DNA from: Lytechinus pictus
Lineage: Eukaryota
Assembly: GCF_037042905.1 (NCBI RefSeq)
Contig: NC_087252.1
Span: forward strand, 20,400,001 to 20,464,000
Direction: 5' to 3'
DNA length: 64,000 bases
Part shown: positions 24,201-38,300 of the stretch, piece after piece
How the letters are laid out: each line of letters opens with the position of its first letter
Position numbering within the stretch: the stretch's first letter is position 1
The notes under the pieces: generated by a model
What the model saw: the letters and a program-made list of their open reading frames with translations, nothing else
Databases searched by the model: none
Told to the model about the DNA's origin: nothing
Position numbers and translations under genes: made by a program

Positions 24201-25111
24201 CTTCTGCCTTCTGCGACAGGAGTGATACAGCTACATATCTAGCTCTTCCTCTCTATATCGATCGGTATAACCCATGTATATATTTATACAACTGATGAAT
24301 TCTCATTTTTTGTATCAGTTCCACAACTCTGGATGCGAATTTAGTTTCGTACTAAATATGCTCGGTGACCGAGAGATTCAGCTACATTTTTTGTATCAGT
24401 TTCTTGAAGGTTTGTCGATATTTCTATAATTTTTATCACTTCTGCCTTCTGCGACAGGAGTGATACAGCTACATATCTAGCTGTTCCTCTCTATATCGAT
24501 CGGTATAACCCATGTATATATTTATACAACTGATGAATTCCCATTTTTTGTATCAGTTCCACAACTCTGGATGCGAATTTAGTTTCGTACTAACTATGCT
24601 CGGTGACCGAGAGATTCAGCTACATATTCAGCTAAATTCTTTGTATCAGTTTCTTGAAGGTTTTTCGATATTTCTATCATTTTTATCACTTCTGCCTTCT
24701 GCGACAGGAGTGATTCAGCTACATATCTAGCTGTTCCTCTCTATATCGATCGGTAAAACCCATGTATATATTAATACAACTGATGAATTCCCATTTTTTG
24801 TATCAGTTCCACAACTCTGGATGCGAATTTAGTTTCGTACTAAATATGCTCGGTGACCGAGAGATTCAGCTACATTTTTTGTATCAGTTTCTTGAAGGTT
24901 TGTCGATATTTCTATCATTTTTATCACTTCTGCCTTCTGCGACAGGAGTGATTCAGCTACATATCTAGCTGTTCCTCTCTATATCGATCGGTATAACCCA
25001 TGTATATATTTATACAACCGATGAATTCCCATTTTTTGTATCAGTTCCACAACTCTGGATGCGAATTTAGTTTCGTACTAAATATGCTCGGTGACCGAGA
25101 TATTCAGCTAC
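21297..25111. repeat. Satellite array of 238/250-bp monomers (15 full units plus flanking partials), copy 1
   Basis: Unit starts at 21382, 21620, 21858, 22096, 22346, 22584, 22834, 23072, 23310, 23560, 23798, 24036, 24274, 24512, 24762 and 25000 (partial). Confidence 0.97.
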
Positions 25112-25388
25112 AGTGTCTGTTTTTTTCTCTTTCTCTATAGCTCGGTTGCAGACACTTTCTTATTTGGTGTCTTTTTTTCTCTTTCTCTATCGCTCGGTTG
25201 CTGCTCAAGAATTAACATGGAAGAACAGTGGTATTTTATTAATACCGCTGAAGTGGGCCATCCTCTATATGATCTGTATGTCTCTATAGGATGTTAATTG
25301 AGCATGTATATATTTAATTTTTATATGGATATAACAAAGAAACAAACACGGAGTATGCCAGAACTCTGGATGCGAATTTCTTTTCGTA

Positions 25389-25664
25389 CTAAATATGCTC
25401 GGTGATCGGGTAATCGCCGTCTGGGCGACGTGGATCTTGCGCTTGCTCTCTACGAACTATTCGACGATATATCTTAACAGTCACAGAAATGCGTATGCAT
25501 GGTCTACACGGTGTAGATTGCGTTTCTTGATAGAGCTCCTTTGCAAAGTTTGTAGATGTGTCCATTCTCTCTATCTCTTCCTCTAGCTCCATTGGTTCAG
25601 GCAAGAGGCTTTGAGATTCAGCTACGTATACATCTGGATAATCTACATCCATTGGTTCGTCCAT
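25389..25664 (-). CDS. Orphan 91-aa ORF (acidic N-terminus, basic C-terminus), possibly TE/virus-derived; copy at 35664-35939
   Basis: ATG-to-stop ORF MDEPMDVDYPDVYVAESQSLL... with protein-like composition; shares sequence blocks with the neighbouring satellite monomer. No family recognised. Confidence 0.3.
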   Translation of the reverse strand: MDEPMDVDYPDVYVAESQSLLPEPMELEEEIERMDTSTNFAKELYQETQSTPCRPCIRISVTVKIYRRIVRREQAQDPRRPDGDYPITEHI

Positions 25665-26356
25665 CAGGAAGATATGTATATATATATATATATATATTTA
25701 GTTCAATAGAGAGCAAGCACGCGTATTCACGTTTACACAACCCAGGCCATATCAGGCTTTCAATATCAGCGTATATATATGTGGCAATCATAATAAACAA
25801 GTGAAGGAAAATCCTCCTTTTTATACCTTTCAAAACAGCAAAAGGTGGGCGTGGTATAGGGATCATGTGTAGGAGTTTCCGTTTTAGACGAGTTTTTTCG
25901 CAGTGTTATGATGGTGCCGTGTGCACGTATCAAGTACAAATAAAACTCTTTCGCAATGTCAGCAGAATTCCCCATTGGAAATCCCCACAAAGAACAAAAG
26001 AAATAAAAGACGATTTGCCGTTGTATGGTTCAACATATCACGATTTCTTTCGAGTTTATTTAACAGAAATTGATAAATATAGAAAATTGATAATTAATAT
26101 ATTAGGGAAAGGTTAGGTTTGCTTATATTTCAAAAGAGATTAGATTTATGAAAATTAATTAATGTTTAGTTTTCTAAGCATTTTGTATTATTTCTTCTTT
26201 TAAAAGGGTTAAATGGGTGGTAATCATAACAAGCAACATAAATCGAATGTTTTGATATTTTGTGTATTCAGCATCTGCTTGCATGCACATTCATCTCAAA
26301 ATGTGTATTTTAGGGGAGTTTCATTGTGTTATCTGGGATTATGGTACTATCGGTTT

Positions 26357-26545
26357 GGTGTAAAAATGGAAGTGGTGAAAATGGCAGGGCTAAAAAAGGC
26401 AGAGGTAAAAATGGCAGTGGTAAAAATGCCAGAGGTATAAATGGCAAGGTAAAAATGGCAGCTGTAAAAATGACCATGATGACAGAGGTAATAATGGCAA
26501 AGATAAAAACGGCATACGTAAAAGAGGTAAAAATGGCAAAGGTAA
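26357..26545 (+). repeat. 15-bp tandem repeat (GGTAAAAATGGCAGA)n; copy at 36632-36820
   Basis: About 12 degenerate units read directly. Confidence 0.85.
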
Positions 26546-28350
26546 AGATTACCTCTCTTAACCCCCCCATGCAATTAATAATTGTAAAAAAGCCCCGACA
26601 TGTGCATGGATATGATAAGAAAATTTTGTCTCGTGAGAAAAGAACTAAAATATCAGTGTTGGACAGATAGAAAGGGTAACATTTTTTAAATCATAGAATA
26701 GATAATTCGTCTGCATTGCTAACACTCAGAGGGTCTGGAGTAATAAAAATGACAATGCAATTAATGCTTTGCAGACGAGTTGGCGTAGTACAATGTAGTT
26801 GGTGGTTTTTGTCAGAAGGGAAAACTCTGGCTCAATGCAAAATTGATTGCGAATGTATCGATCGCACCATGATCAAGCTGGGGAGAAAATTTGGGGCATT
26901 GACCAACGAGCATGAAAATTTTAGTAAAACAAATTGTATAGTCGTTTACAGTTATTGGTTGGTTAGAAAAGAATGTGCAAGTAAATAGCTTTGATTTTTT
27001 TTCCTTTGTTGAAGTAAGTTGTGGTAATTTACTGACATTGAGTATGAACTTTTATTTTTGATATTTCCCAGATATCGTACTTATATATGTATGTGTGAAC
27101 GATCATGCTAATAATACTATTGTTCTTTAGAAAATACTGCAAAATTCATGAAATTAGAAGGTGTGATGTTTCTACTGCGCTTCGAATGGACACACCTTGA
27201 ACGTGGGCCGGATCTATAATTAAGAGAGCTTCTGGAAAATGCTATAGAATTGAAAATAGTTTACTGTCATGTTTGAAAACAGATAATTATATCATGCAAT
27301 TTTTTTATGCTAATAAAAGTGCAGATATATCACCTGACGTATTTCTGTCATTTACATACTTCTTAATTGTGCCTAATGGCCCGTATTCGGAACTCTTGTA
27401 TATTGCGAATTCTGGTCTGAGGTTGCACTTTGACTATGGATAGCCACTTGTGTCACAAATCTCTACCACGTCAGGTTCAATTAACCAGATCATTTTTCAC
27501 TCGAGTAATTAATGTCTTAGAATAATGACTAAAATAGTTTTGTTTATCATTAAATCGTGGGGAGGAAGCATAGTAAACACAATATACATGTAAATACGAT
27601 GCAAAGTTTATGCATTTTGGGCTTCCAATAATTAGCACAAAGCTAACCGTGACCTAAGATAAACTGGACTTTGGAACACGGGCCGATGTGTTTGGATTGC
27701 ATGTGAAGAACTGGTATTTTTGCTCCATATTTTCAGAGCTAATTTTTATGGTGATGCATGTTCCAAGGAGACATTTGATGAACTGGTAATCAAGCGATAC
27801 ATATGTTATGATAGTGAAATGATCGCAATTCATTCTCTTTTTTATTTGGCCCATGAAAACAGTTGAATTTCCTGTATTAAACACACATACAGCTAAATAA
27901 TAATGGCGTAAAAAAATGTTTTATCGTCTATGCATGAGGATATTGTAGGGTTTGTGTGCGTGTGCGTGGGTGTTTTTTCGCCATGACAAAAACCACATAC
28001 AATCAAGTATTTCGCAACAGCACCAAATTCCCCGTCGGGAATACCCAGAAACAAAAGGAAATAAAAAAAAAACAAATGTCGTTACACAGTACGATTTATT
28101 TCTATAGTTTATTCCATGGATAGTTTTATTAAAAAAAGAAAAAATCGACAATGATTTGACATGAGAGTAGGCATGAAAAATGAGAAAAGGGAGTAAATCA
28201 TGGTTACCAACATGCATTGAATGATGAGATCGGATTCGCCCGCTGAATTCATCCAGCTGAACAGCATCAGACTTTGGGGTCGTTTAGAGGGTATCGTTCT
28301 CTTTTAAGATGAGCGGGAGCAGACAAGGAACGATTGACAGGAACGTCTTA

Positions 28351-30062
28351 GCTTCCTCTCTTAAAATCATTATGTATATTTTGGATGAATTTAAGGTTTT
28401 TTCAGGGCTTTGCATTAATCGAAATAAATCTGAAATTGTGGCACTTGGTTATTATAAAGCACATCCTCCAGACATATCCTTTTCCGGATTAAGATTTTCT
28501 AATGGCCCATTTAGATTATTGGGAGTATATTTTTCACCTGACTCAAAAGACATATTTGAATTGAATTTTATTCCAAAGCTTAATGAAATAAAGAATATTT
28601 TAAGAGTAAGGAAAATGAGAAATTTAACCCCAATAGGAAAGATAACTATTTTGAAGTCACTCGGCCTTTCTCAAATCATATTTCTATTGTCTGTATTACC
28701 AAAACCTCCAGAAGATTTTTTGAAAGAATTAGAACATTTAATGTACTCTTTTATTTGGAATGAAAAACCGGATAAAATCAGTCGTCTTACAATTATTGGA
28801 GACTATAGTCAAGGTGGATTAAAAATGTTACATTTACCTTCTGTAATTTCTGGCTTGAAAATAGCATGGGTTAAACGTTATATGTGCACAGAAAATAAAG
28901 GAAAATGGAAATGTTTTTTCGCACACAACTTGGTCACCTTTGGAGGAAAATTGTTTTGGACATGTAATTTAAAATACGATGATCCCAAAATATTACAAAT
29001 AAAAAATCAATTCATTCGAGAAATTTTAATTACTTGGAGTTGTTTAACATTCTTTCCTAATTTATCTGATTTAAATATAAAGAATCAAGTGTTATGGAAT
29101 AACTCATTGATCAAAGTAGATGGGAAAATTACATATTTATATAATTATAAATTATATATATATTTGGCTTAAAAATGGGATCATCAGTATTAAACATTTA
29201 ATGGATGAACAAAACAATTTTCTTCCACATACAACTTAAAAAAAAAATACAAAATTAATTGTAATTTTCTTGAATATTATTCATTGATTTCTGCAATAAT
29301 CAATAAATGGAAACATTTTAGTCAACATCTTGTTGAGAGTAGAACAACTCAAGAAGATTTGTTGTATAATTTAAATAATGTTTTTTAAGGCATGCAAGTT
29401 TATCCATAGAATTTCTTTTGATAAAATCTTAAAGTCTCCTACTTCGCAATCAAAATGGGCATCCATTTTAAATGAACCGGTTAATAATTGGAACAGATTG
29501 TATATGATTCCCTTTAAATGCTGTCTTTCAACAAAACTCCGCTACTTTCAATATAAACTTTTCAATCGGATAATGGGAGTGAACAAACATCTTTACGATA
29601 TTGGCTTGTCTGAATCTAATTTATGTACATTTTGTTCTTCCTCTGTTGAAAGTATTTCACATCTGTTTTGGGACTGCCCTGTAACTCAACAATTTATTCA
29701 AAACTTTCAAACCTCTTATTTGAACAATGACGTGTATTTGAATAAGAATTTATTTTTGTTTGGTTTCCCTGACGCTCAATACTCTTTTGTAAACCGTTAT
29801 ATTCTTTACGCTAAATATTTTATTTTTTCAACACGTTGTAAGGGCGATCGGTTGTATTTTAGCTCTTTTAAGAACGTATTGAAACACTACTGTGAAATTA
29901 AAGAAGGTTCTCAGTCAAAAACATCATAATTTTGTTTTATCATTAGATAATAGTACACATGTATAGTTGTTGTAAACATGTTCGCTTCATGATTTTTGTT
30001 TGTAAATTGAATTGCTTTCGTGTTTGATTTTGAATAAAATCTTTCTATGAAAGAAAAAAAAA
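28351..30062 (+). mobile_element. L1/Tx1-group LINE fragment, copy 2
   Basis: Near-identical to 16377-18088 with the same breakpoints and flanks. Confidence 0.9.
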
Positions 30063-31922
30063 CCGGTTGGTGAAAAACAAACAAAAAAAGTTTCAGATCT
30101 GACGAAAAATGGCAAATCTGTCGCTTGACATGTCCAGGACGAAACGGCTGTTTTGATTCACCAATTTTCGACAACATCTTGATGGTTACTCTTTGTTATG
30201 AAGGGCATTTGACAGTAGATTTTTTTTAAAATCTTCTTGGAAGCGTTCTGTTTCGTCTTGTGAAAACTCTTTAATGTTATTTTAGCAGCACGTCGAGATT
30301 AGTTATACCGTATTTTTTATTTGTCAGAGCCCTTGATATCATTTCAAGGACTTGTTCCAGCTGGGTACCCCCTGACCTCACCTGAGTTGAGTTAAGCACA
30401 ATGTGGGTAAATTCCTTGCCGAAGAAAAACACGCCATTGCTGGGGTTCGACCCCCCCCCCCCCCCCACTCTAATTGAAAACGAGAGTCGTAACCGCTAAA
30501 CCACGACATCCCCACATACCGTAATACCATAATTATACCATATTTTTTATTTGTCAGAGCCCTTGATATCACTATTTATAAATATACATGTATGTCTAGT
30601 TATATATATTTTTATATCATCATTGTAAAACCCTGCACAATTGGCAGAGAAGTAGAATTTCTTCATTTGCACTGGCAACAGACCTGGATAAATGGAATTT
30701 TCTGCTTTTTTTTTAAATAAAGAAGACTTTTATCTATCTTTCTTAAATTTAGAACAAAAGATTTTGTGAACTCTGAATTTTCTTGAAGTCAACCAAATAA
30801 TAAAATAAACAGGTATTGTACCACTTGCGTAAACTATACCACACTATCGGTTACATATTTATAATCAATTGAATGCCAATTCGTCCAAATGCCAACTCAT
30901 CTGCTTTCATTTGGTCTACCATCAGTTCATCCAATATCCACATGATCTAATTGCCATTTCTTCCACTCCCCAGTTCGTCTAATAACCAGTTGGTCCAATA
31001 CACATTTAGTCCTTAAACCATGTGGTCTAATTAGATTATGTGTTTATTGGGCGAAATGAATGAAAATAAAACGAATATTAGACCAAGTGGTTATGAGACG
31101 AGGTGATGATTGAACCAAATGGTTGTTAGACAAAATGTTGATGGACAGAATGGCATTAGACTAAATGAAGGTCAACCATGTGGTGAGTGGACGAATTGGC
31201 AGTTTACCGTGATTACTGACCACTTTAATTCATGTCGCTCCCAACTTGCTATGTTGTATATACTGTTGAGATTATTGAAATGATTTTTATTTCTGCCATT
31301 TTTATATAATTTCTTATCTGGCTTATTCCACCTCATTCACACTCTCCCTCTGTGCAGTTTATTACTATGTTGATTGAATTTGTTTACTATGCTCTGTAGA
31401 AATGCTGTTTTTACTTGTTTACTATATTGTACATACAATTCTTTGTTTGGGTAAATATCTACATGTTATTAGACTCCTTACTGGAAATAACTTTCTCGAG
31501 CATTATCCTGTCCATGCTTACTCTTACTGCCATCATATCTCGAAGATATTAGGGACTTCTATTTTTTTACATTGAATGCGACTTTAGATGGAGGACAATG
31601 TGTGTTTCGGTTATCCAGTGTCATTTAAGTCTTTATTGTGAATTTACGTAAATAGCTTTGTATGTTTTCCTTTTATGAGGTAAGTTGGTAATTGAAGCAA
31701 TTGAATTTCCTGTATTAAACGAAAATACAGCTAATAATGGCGTAAAAAATGTTTTGTCGTCTAAGCATGAGGTTATTGTACGATGTGTGTTTGTGTACGT
31801 GGGAGTTTTTTCGCCATATCATGATAGTGACGTGTGCACACCTATTGACAAAAACCACATACAAACAAGAGTTTAAAACGTAAAATGCCGGGGTAAAATG
31901 AGTATTTTATATATATGATCAT

Positions 31923-33274
31923 TGTTATTTCATTTCATTTATTTTATTTCAACACGGTAAACCAACTTCAGCCAATGGCTGTTCTTCTGAACGTCCGTGC
32001 GTACATATTAAAATCACATTACATGTATATACAATTAAGATACATAATACGAAATAAATATACAATTAGAATATCATCAATATTACAAAGAAAAACAAAC
32101 AAACAGAACAAACAAGTTTACATCACTCTGGCTTCCAATCTAAATATGTTGAAACTAGTTACATGTACTTTTAAGTCATTAGGTAGTGCGTTCCAGCTTC
32201 TGGCCCCCCTGTACTGTAGACTTCTTTTCTTATAATTGCTTTTAACTAAGGGTAATTTGATGTTTAGAGACGATGATCTTAGCATGTAATTACAATCACT
32301 TAAAATAAATTGTTTACGAATGCTCTCTGGTAACATACCATGCATTATCCTGTACATTGTTTGTAAGGTGCGTACATTTCTTCTTTCTATCAATCTTTTA
32401 ATGTCTATCAAGAACGCTTTCTGTAACATTGAGTAAAGGTGTCATAGTCGAATGTTTGGGTCGAAAACCCGACTGCTGTGTACAAAGTAGAGAGTGCTTA
32501 TTCAAATTTTCATACCACTGAACATGATATTTATACATGACTGAATACAATCTTCTCTATGATTTTAGCGAAAACAGACAATACAGAGATGGGTCTATAG
32601 TTTCCCATGTCAGTTTTGTCACCACCTTTGAACACAGGCGTGACCCGAGAAATCTTCAATTGGGGAGGTATTTCACCAGTTCGTAATGATTAGTGATGTT
32701 GGTATGTCATCAAGTCCCCCCATCTTCTTACAATCAAGATTATTAATTACCTTTTTAATTTCTTCTTCAGTAACTATTTTAAAATCTGAAAGACTTACGT
32801 TGTTTGGAAATACATTATTCGACTCAAAATCACCGTTTCCAGTATTATCTACAGTTATCTCATTTTGTGTGCATTTTCCTATGCTTGAGAAGTAGTGGTT
32901 AAAACCCTCCGAGATTGATGTTTTGTTTTGAAGTTCTATACCATCATTTTTTATTTCTACAATTTTAGATCCATTTTTTTTTCTGAGGCATAAGATACTT
33001 TAAAGATTTCCATACATTTGTAGATTGACCATTGCTACTACTAATTGAGGTAGAAATATAATCCTTCTTTGCTTTACGGATCTTTGCTGTGACATTATTT
33101 CTCAATCGTCGATGCGATGCCCAATCATGTTCTGATTTGGTATGCTTTGCTTTATTTTTTATTTCATTACGGTTACGAATAGTTTGAATTATATCTTCAT
33201 TAATCCACGGTGATTCAATCTTCTTTACTCGAGTACGTTTAAGTGGGGTATGCTTATCAATTATACATTTTAAT
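31923..33274 (-). mobile_element. CR1/L2-group LINE fragment, copy 2
   Basis: Near-identical to 19946-21297. Confidence 0.85.
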
Positions 33275-35386
33275 GAAGGTTTGTCGATATTTCTATAGCG
33301 ACAGGAGAGATTCAGCTACATATCTAGCTGTTCCTCTCTATATCGATCGGTATAACCCATGTATATATTTATACAACTGATGAATTCTCATTTTTTGTAT
33401 CAGTTCCACAACTCTGGATGCGAATTTAGTTTCGTACTAAATATGCTCGGTGACCGAGAGATTCAGCTACATTTTTTGTATCAGTTTCTTGAAGGTTTGT
33501 CGATATTTCTATCATTTTTATCACTTCTGCCTTCTGCGACAGGAGTGATTCAGCTACATATCTAGCTGTTCCTCTCTATATCGATCGGTATAACCCATGT
33601 ATATATTTATACAACTGATGAATTCTCATTTTTTGTATCAGTTCCACAACTCTGGATGCGAATTTAGTTTCGTACTAAATATGCTCGGTGACCGAGAGAT
33701 TCAGCTACATTTTTTGTATCAGTTTCTTGAAGGTTTGTCGATATTTCTATCATTTTTATCACTTCTGCCTTCTGCGACAGGATTGATACAGCTACATATC
33801 TAGCTCTTCCTCTCTATATCGATCGGTATAACCCATGTATATATTTATACAACTGATGAATTCTCATTTTTTGTATCAGTTCCACAACTCTGGATGCGAA
33901 TTTAGTTTCGTACTAAATATGCTCGGTGACCGAGAGATTCAGCTACATTTTTTGTATCAGTTTCTTGAAGGTTTGTCGATATTTCTATCATTTTTATCAC
34001 TTCTGCCTTCTGCGACAGGAGTGATTCAGCTACATATCTAGCTGTTCCTCTCTATATCGATCGGCATAACCCATGTATATATTTATACAACCGATGAATT
34101 CCCATTTTTTGTATCAGTTCCACAACTCTGGATGCGAATTTAGTTTCGTACTAAATATGCTCGGTGACCGAGATATTCAGCTACATTTTTTGTATCACTT
34201 TCTTGAAGGTTTGTCGATATTTCTATCATTTTTATCACTTCTGCCTTCAGCGACAGGAGTGATTCAGCTACATATCTAGCTGTTCCTCTCTATATCGATC
34301 GGTATAACCCATGTATATATTTATACAACTGATGAATTCTCATTTTTTGTATCAGTTCCACAACTCTGGATGCGAATTTAGTTTCGTACTAAATATGCTC
34401 GGTGACCGAGAGATTCAGCTACATTTTTTGTATCAGTTTCTTGAAGGTTTGTCGATATTTCTATCATTTTGATCACTTCTGCCTTCTGCGACAGGAGTGA
34501 TACAGCTACATATCTAGCTCTTCCTCTCTATATCGATCGGTATAACCCATGTATATATTTATACAACTGATGAATTCTCATTTTTTGTATCAGTTCCACA
34601 ACTCTGGATGCGAATTTAGTTTCGTACTAAATATGCTCGGTGACCGAGAGATTCAGCTACATTTTTTGTATCAGTTTCTTGAAGGTTTGTCGATATTTCT
34701 ATCATTTTTATCACTTCTGCCTTCTGCGACAGGAGTGATACAGCTACATATCTAGCTGTTCCTCTCTATATCGATCGGTATAACCCATGTATATATTTAT
34801 ACAACTGATGAATTCCCATTTTTTGTATCAGTTCCACAACTCTGGATGCGAATTTAGTTTCGTACTTACTATGCTCGGTGACCGAGAGATTCAGCTACAT
34901 ATTCAGCTAAATTCTTTGTATCAGTTTCTTGAAGGTTTTTCGATATTTCTATCATTTTTATCACTTCTGCCTTCTGCGACAGGAGTGATTCAGCTACATA
35001 TCTAGCTGTTCCTCTCTATATCGATCGGTAAAACCCATGTATATATTAATACAACTGATGAATTCCCATTTTTTGTATCAGTTCCACAACTCTGGATGCG
35101 AATTTAGTTTCGTACTAAATATGCTCGGTGACCGAGAGATTCAGCTACATTTTTTGTATCAGTTTCTTGAAGGTTTGTCGATATTTCTATCATTTTTATC
35201 ACTTCTGCCTTCTGCGACAGGAGTGATTCAGCTACATATCTAGCTGTTCCTCTCTATATCGATCGGTATAACCCATGTATATATTTATACAACCGATGAA
35301 TTCCCATTTTTTGTATCAGTTCCACAACTCTGGATGCGAATTTAGTTTCGTACTAAATATGCTCGGTGACCGAGATATTCAGCTAC
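33274..35386. repeat. Satellite array of 238/250-bp monomers (8 full units plus partials), copy 2
   Basis: Unit starts at 33359, 33597, 33835, 34073, 34311, 34549, 34787, 35037 and 35275 (partial). Confidence 0.97.
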
Positions 35387-38300
35387 AGTGTCTGTTTTTT
35401 TCTCTTTCTCTATAGCTCGGTTGCAGACACTTTCTTATTTGGTGTCTTTTTTTCTCTTTCTCTATCGCTCGGTTGCTGCTCAAGAATTAACATGGAAGAA
35501 CAGTGGTATTTTATTAATACCGCTGAAGTGGGCCATCCTCTATATGATCTGTATGTCTCTATAGGATGTTAATTGAGCATGTATATATTTAATTTTTATA
35601 TGGATATAACAAAGAAACAAACACGGAGTATGCCAGAACTCTGGATGCGAATTTCTTTTCGTACTAAATATGCTCGGTGATCGGGTAATCGCCGTCTGGG
35701 CGACGTGGATCTTGCGCTTGCTCTCTACGAACTATTCGACGATATATCTTAACAGTCACAGAAATGCGTATGCATGGTCTACACGGTGTAGATTGCGTTT
35801 CTTGATAGAGCTCCTTTGCAAAGTTTGTAGATGTGTCCATTCTCTCTATCTCTTCCTCTAGCTCCATTGGTTCAGGCAAGAGGCTTTGAGATTCAGCTAC
35901 GTATACATCTGGATAATCTACATCCATTGGTTCGTCCATCAGGAAGATATGTATATATATATATATATATATTTAGTTCAATAGAGAGCAAGCACGCGTA
36001 TTCACGTTTACACAACCCAGGCCATATCAGGCTTTCAATATCAGCGTATATATATGTGGCAATCATAATAAACAAGTGAAGGAAAATCCTCCTTTTTATA
36101 CCTTTCAAAACAGCAAAAGGTGGGCGTGGTATAGGGATCATGTGTAGGAGTTTCCGTTTTAGACGAGTTTTTTCGCAGTGTTATGATGGTGCCGTGTGCA
36201 CGTATCAAGTACAAATAAAACTCTTTCGCAATGTCAGCAGAATTCCCCATTGGAAATCCCCACAAAGAACAAAAGAAATAAAAGACGATTTGCCGTTGTA
36301 TGGTTCAACATATCACGATTTCTTTCGAGTTTATTTAACAGAAATTGATAAATATAGAAAATTGATAATTAATATATTAGGGAAAGGTTAGGTTTGCTTA
36401 TATTTCAAAAGAGATTAGATTTATGAAAATTAATTAATGTTTAGTTTTCTAAGCATTTTGTATTATTTCTTCTTTTAAAAGGGTTAAATGGGTGGTAATC
36501 ATAACAAGCAACATAAATCGAATGTTTTGATATTTTGTGTATTCAGCATCTGCTTGCATGCACATTCATCTCAAAATGTGTATTTTAGGGGAGTTTCATT
36601 GTGTTATCTGGGATTATGGTACTATCGGTTTGGTGTAAAAATGGAAGTGGTGAAAATGGCAGGGCTAAAAAAGGCAGAGGTAAAAATGGCAGTGGTAAAA
36701 ATGCCAGAGGTATAAATGGCAAGGTAAAAATGGCAGCTGTAAAAATGACCATGATGACAGAGGTAATAATGGCAAAGATAAAAACGGCATACGTAAAAGA
36801 GGTAAAAATGGCAAAGGTAAAGATTACCTCTCTTAACCCCCCCCCCATGCAATTAATAATTGTAAAAAAGCCCCGACATGTGCATGGATATGATAAGAAA
36901 ATTTTGTCTCGTGAGAAAAGAACTAAAATATCAGTGTTGGACAGATAGAAAGGGTAACATTTTTTAAATCATAGAATAGATAATTCGTCTGCATTGCTAA
37001 CACTCAGAGGGTCTGGAGTAATATACGTGTAGAATAAAATGACAATGCAATTAATGCTTTGCAGACGAGTTGGCGTAGTACAATGTAGTTGGTGGTTTTT
37101 GTCAGAAGGGAAAACTCTGGCTCAATGCAAAATTGATTGCGAATGTATCGATCGCACCATGATCAAGCTGGGGAGAAAATTTGGGGCATTGACCAACGAG
37201 CATGAAAATTTTAGTAAAACAAATTGTATAGTCGTTTACAGTTATTGGTTGGTTAGAAAAGAATGTGCAAGTAAATAGCTTTGATTTTTTTTCCTTTGTT
37301 GAAGTAAGTTGTGGTAATTTACTGACATTGAGTATGAACTTTTATTTTTGATATTTCCCAGATATCGTACTTATATATGTATGTGTGAACGATCATGCTA
37401 ATAATACTATTGTTCTTTAGAAAATACTGCAAAATTCATGAAATTAGAAGGTGTGATGTTTCTACTGCGCTTCGAATGGACACACCTTGAACGTGGGCCG
37501 GATCTATAATTAAGAGAGCTTCTGGAAAATGCTATAGAATTGAAAATAGTTTACTGTCATGTTTGAAAACAGATAATTATATCATGCAATTTTTTAATGC
37601 TAATAAAAGTGCAGATATATTACCTGACGTATTTCTGTCATTTACATACTTCTTAATTGTGCCTAATGGCCCGTATTCGGAACTCTTGTATATTGCGAAT
37701 TCTGGTCTGAGGTTGCACTTTGACTATGGATAGCCACTTGTGTCACAAATCTCTACCACGTCAGGTTCAATTAACCAGATCATTTTTCACTCGAGTAATT
37801 AATGTCTTAGAATAATGACTAAAATAGTTTTGTTTATCATTAAATCGTGGGGAGGAAGCATAGTAAACACAATATACATGTAAATACGATGCAAAGTTTA
37901 TGCATTTTGGGCTTCCAATAATTAGCACAAAGCTAACCGTGACCTAAGATAAACTGGACTTTGGAACACGGGCCGATGTGTTTGGATTGCATGTGAAGAA
38001 CTGGTATTTTTGCTCCATATTTTCAGAGCTAATTTTTATGGTGATGCATGTTCCAAGGAGACATTTGATGAACTGGTAATCAAGCGATACATATGTTATG
38101 ATAGTGAAATGATCGCAATTCATTCTCTTTTTTATTTGGCCCATGAAAACAGTTGAATTTCCTGTATTAAACACACATACAGCTAAATAATAATGGCGTA
38201 AAAAAATGTTTTATCGTCTATGCATGAGGATATTGTAGGGTTTGTGTGCGTGTGCGTGGGTGTTTTTTCGCCATGACAAAAACCACATACAATCAAGTAT

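Noticed and set aside
21382..24968. Tandem family of 68/72-aa ORFs (MYIFIQLMNSH...) as a small-protein gene array
   Set aside because: They are translations of the satellite monomer. Some units carry stops, the gap between ORFs is only ~31 bp, and the homology to the neighbouring ORF is on the opposite strand.
26213..26670. Overlapping repetitive ORFs (AEVKM / IFTSA pentapeptide repeats), also at 4166-4357
   Set aside because: By-products of the 15-bp tandem repeat being open in several frames.
21297..35386. CRISPR-like array
   Set aside because: Whole monomers repeat with no unique spacers, the context is eukaryotic, and there are no cas genes. The same applies to the 12-bp array at 57380-57635.
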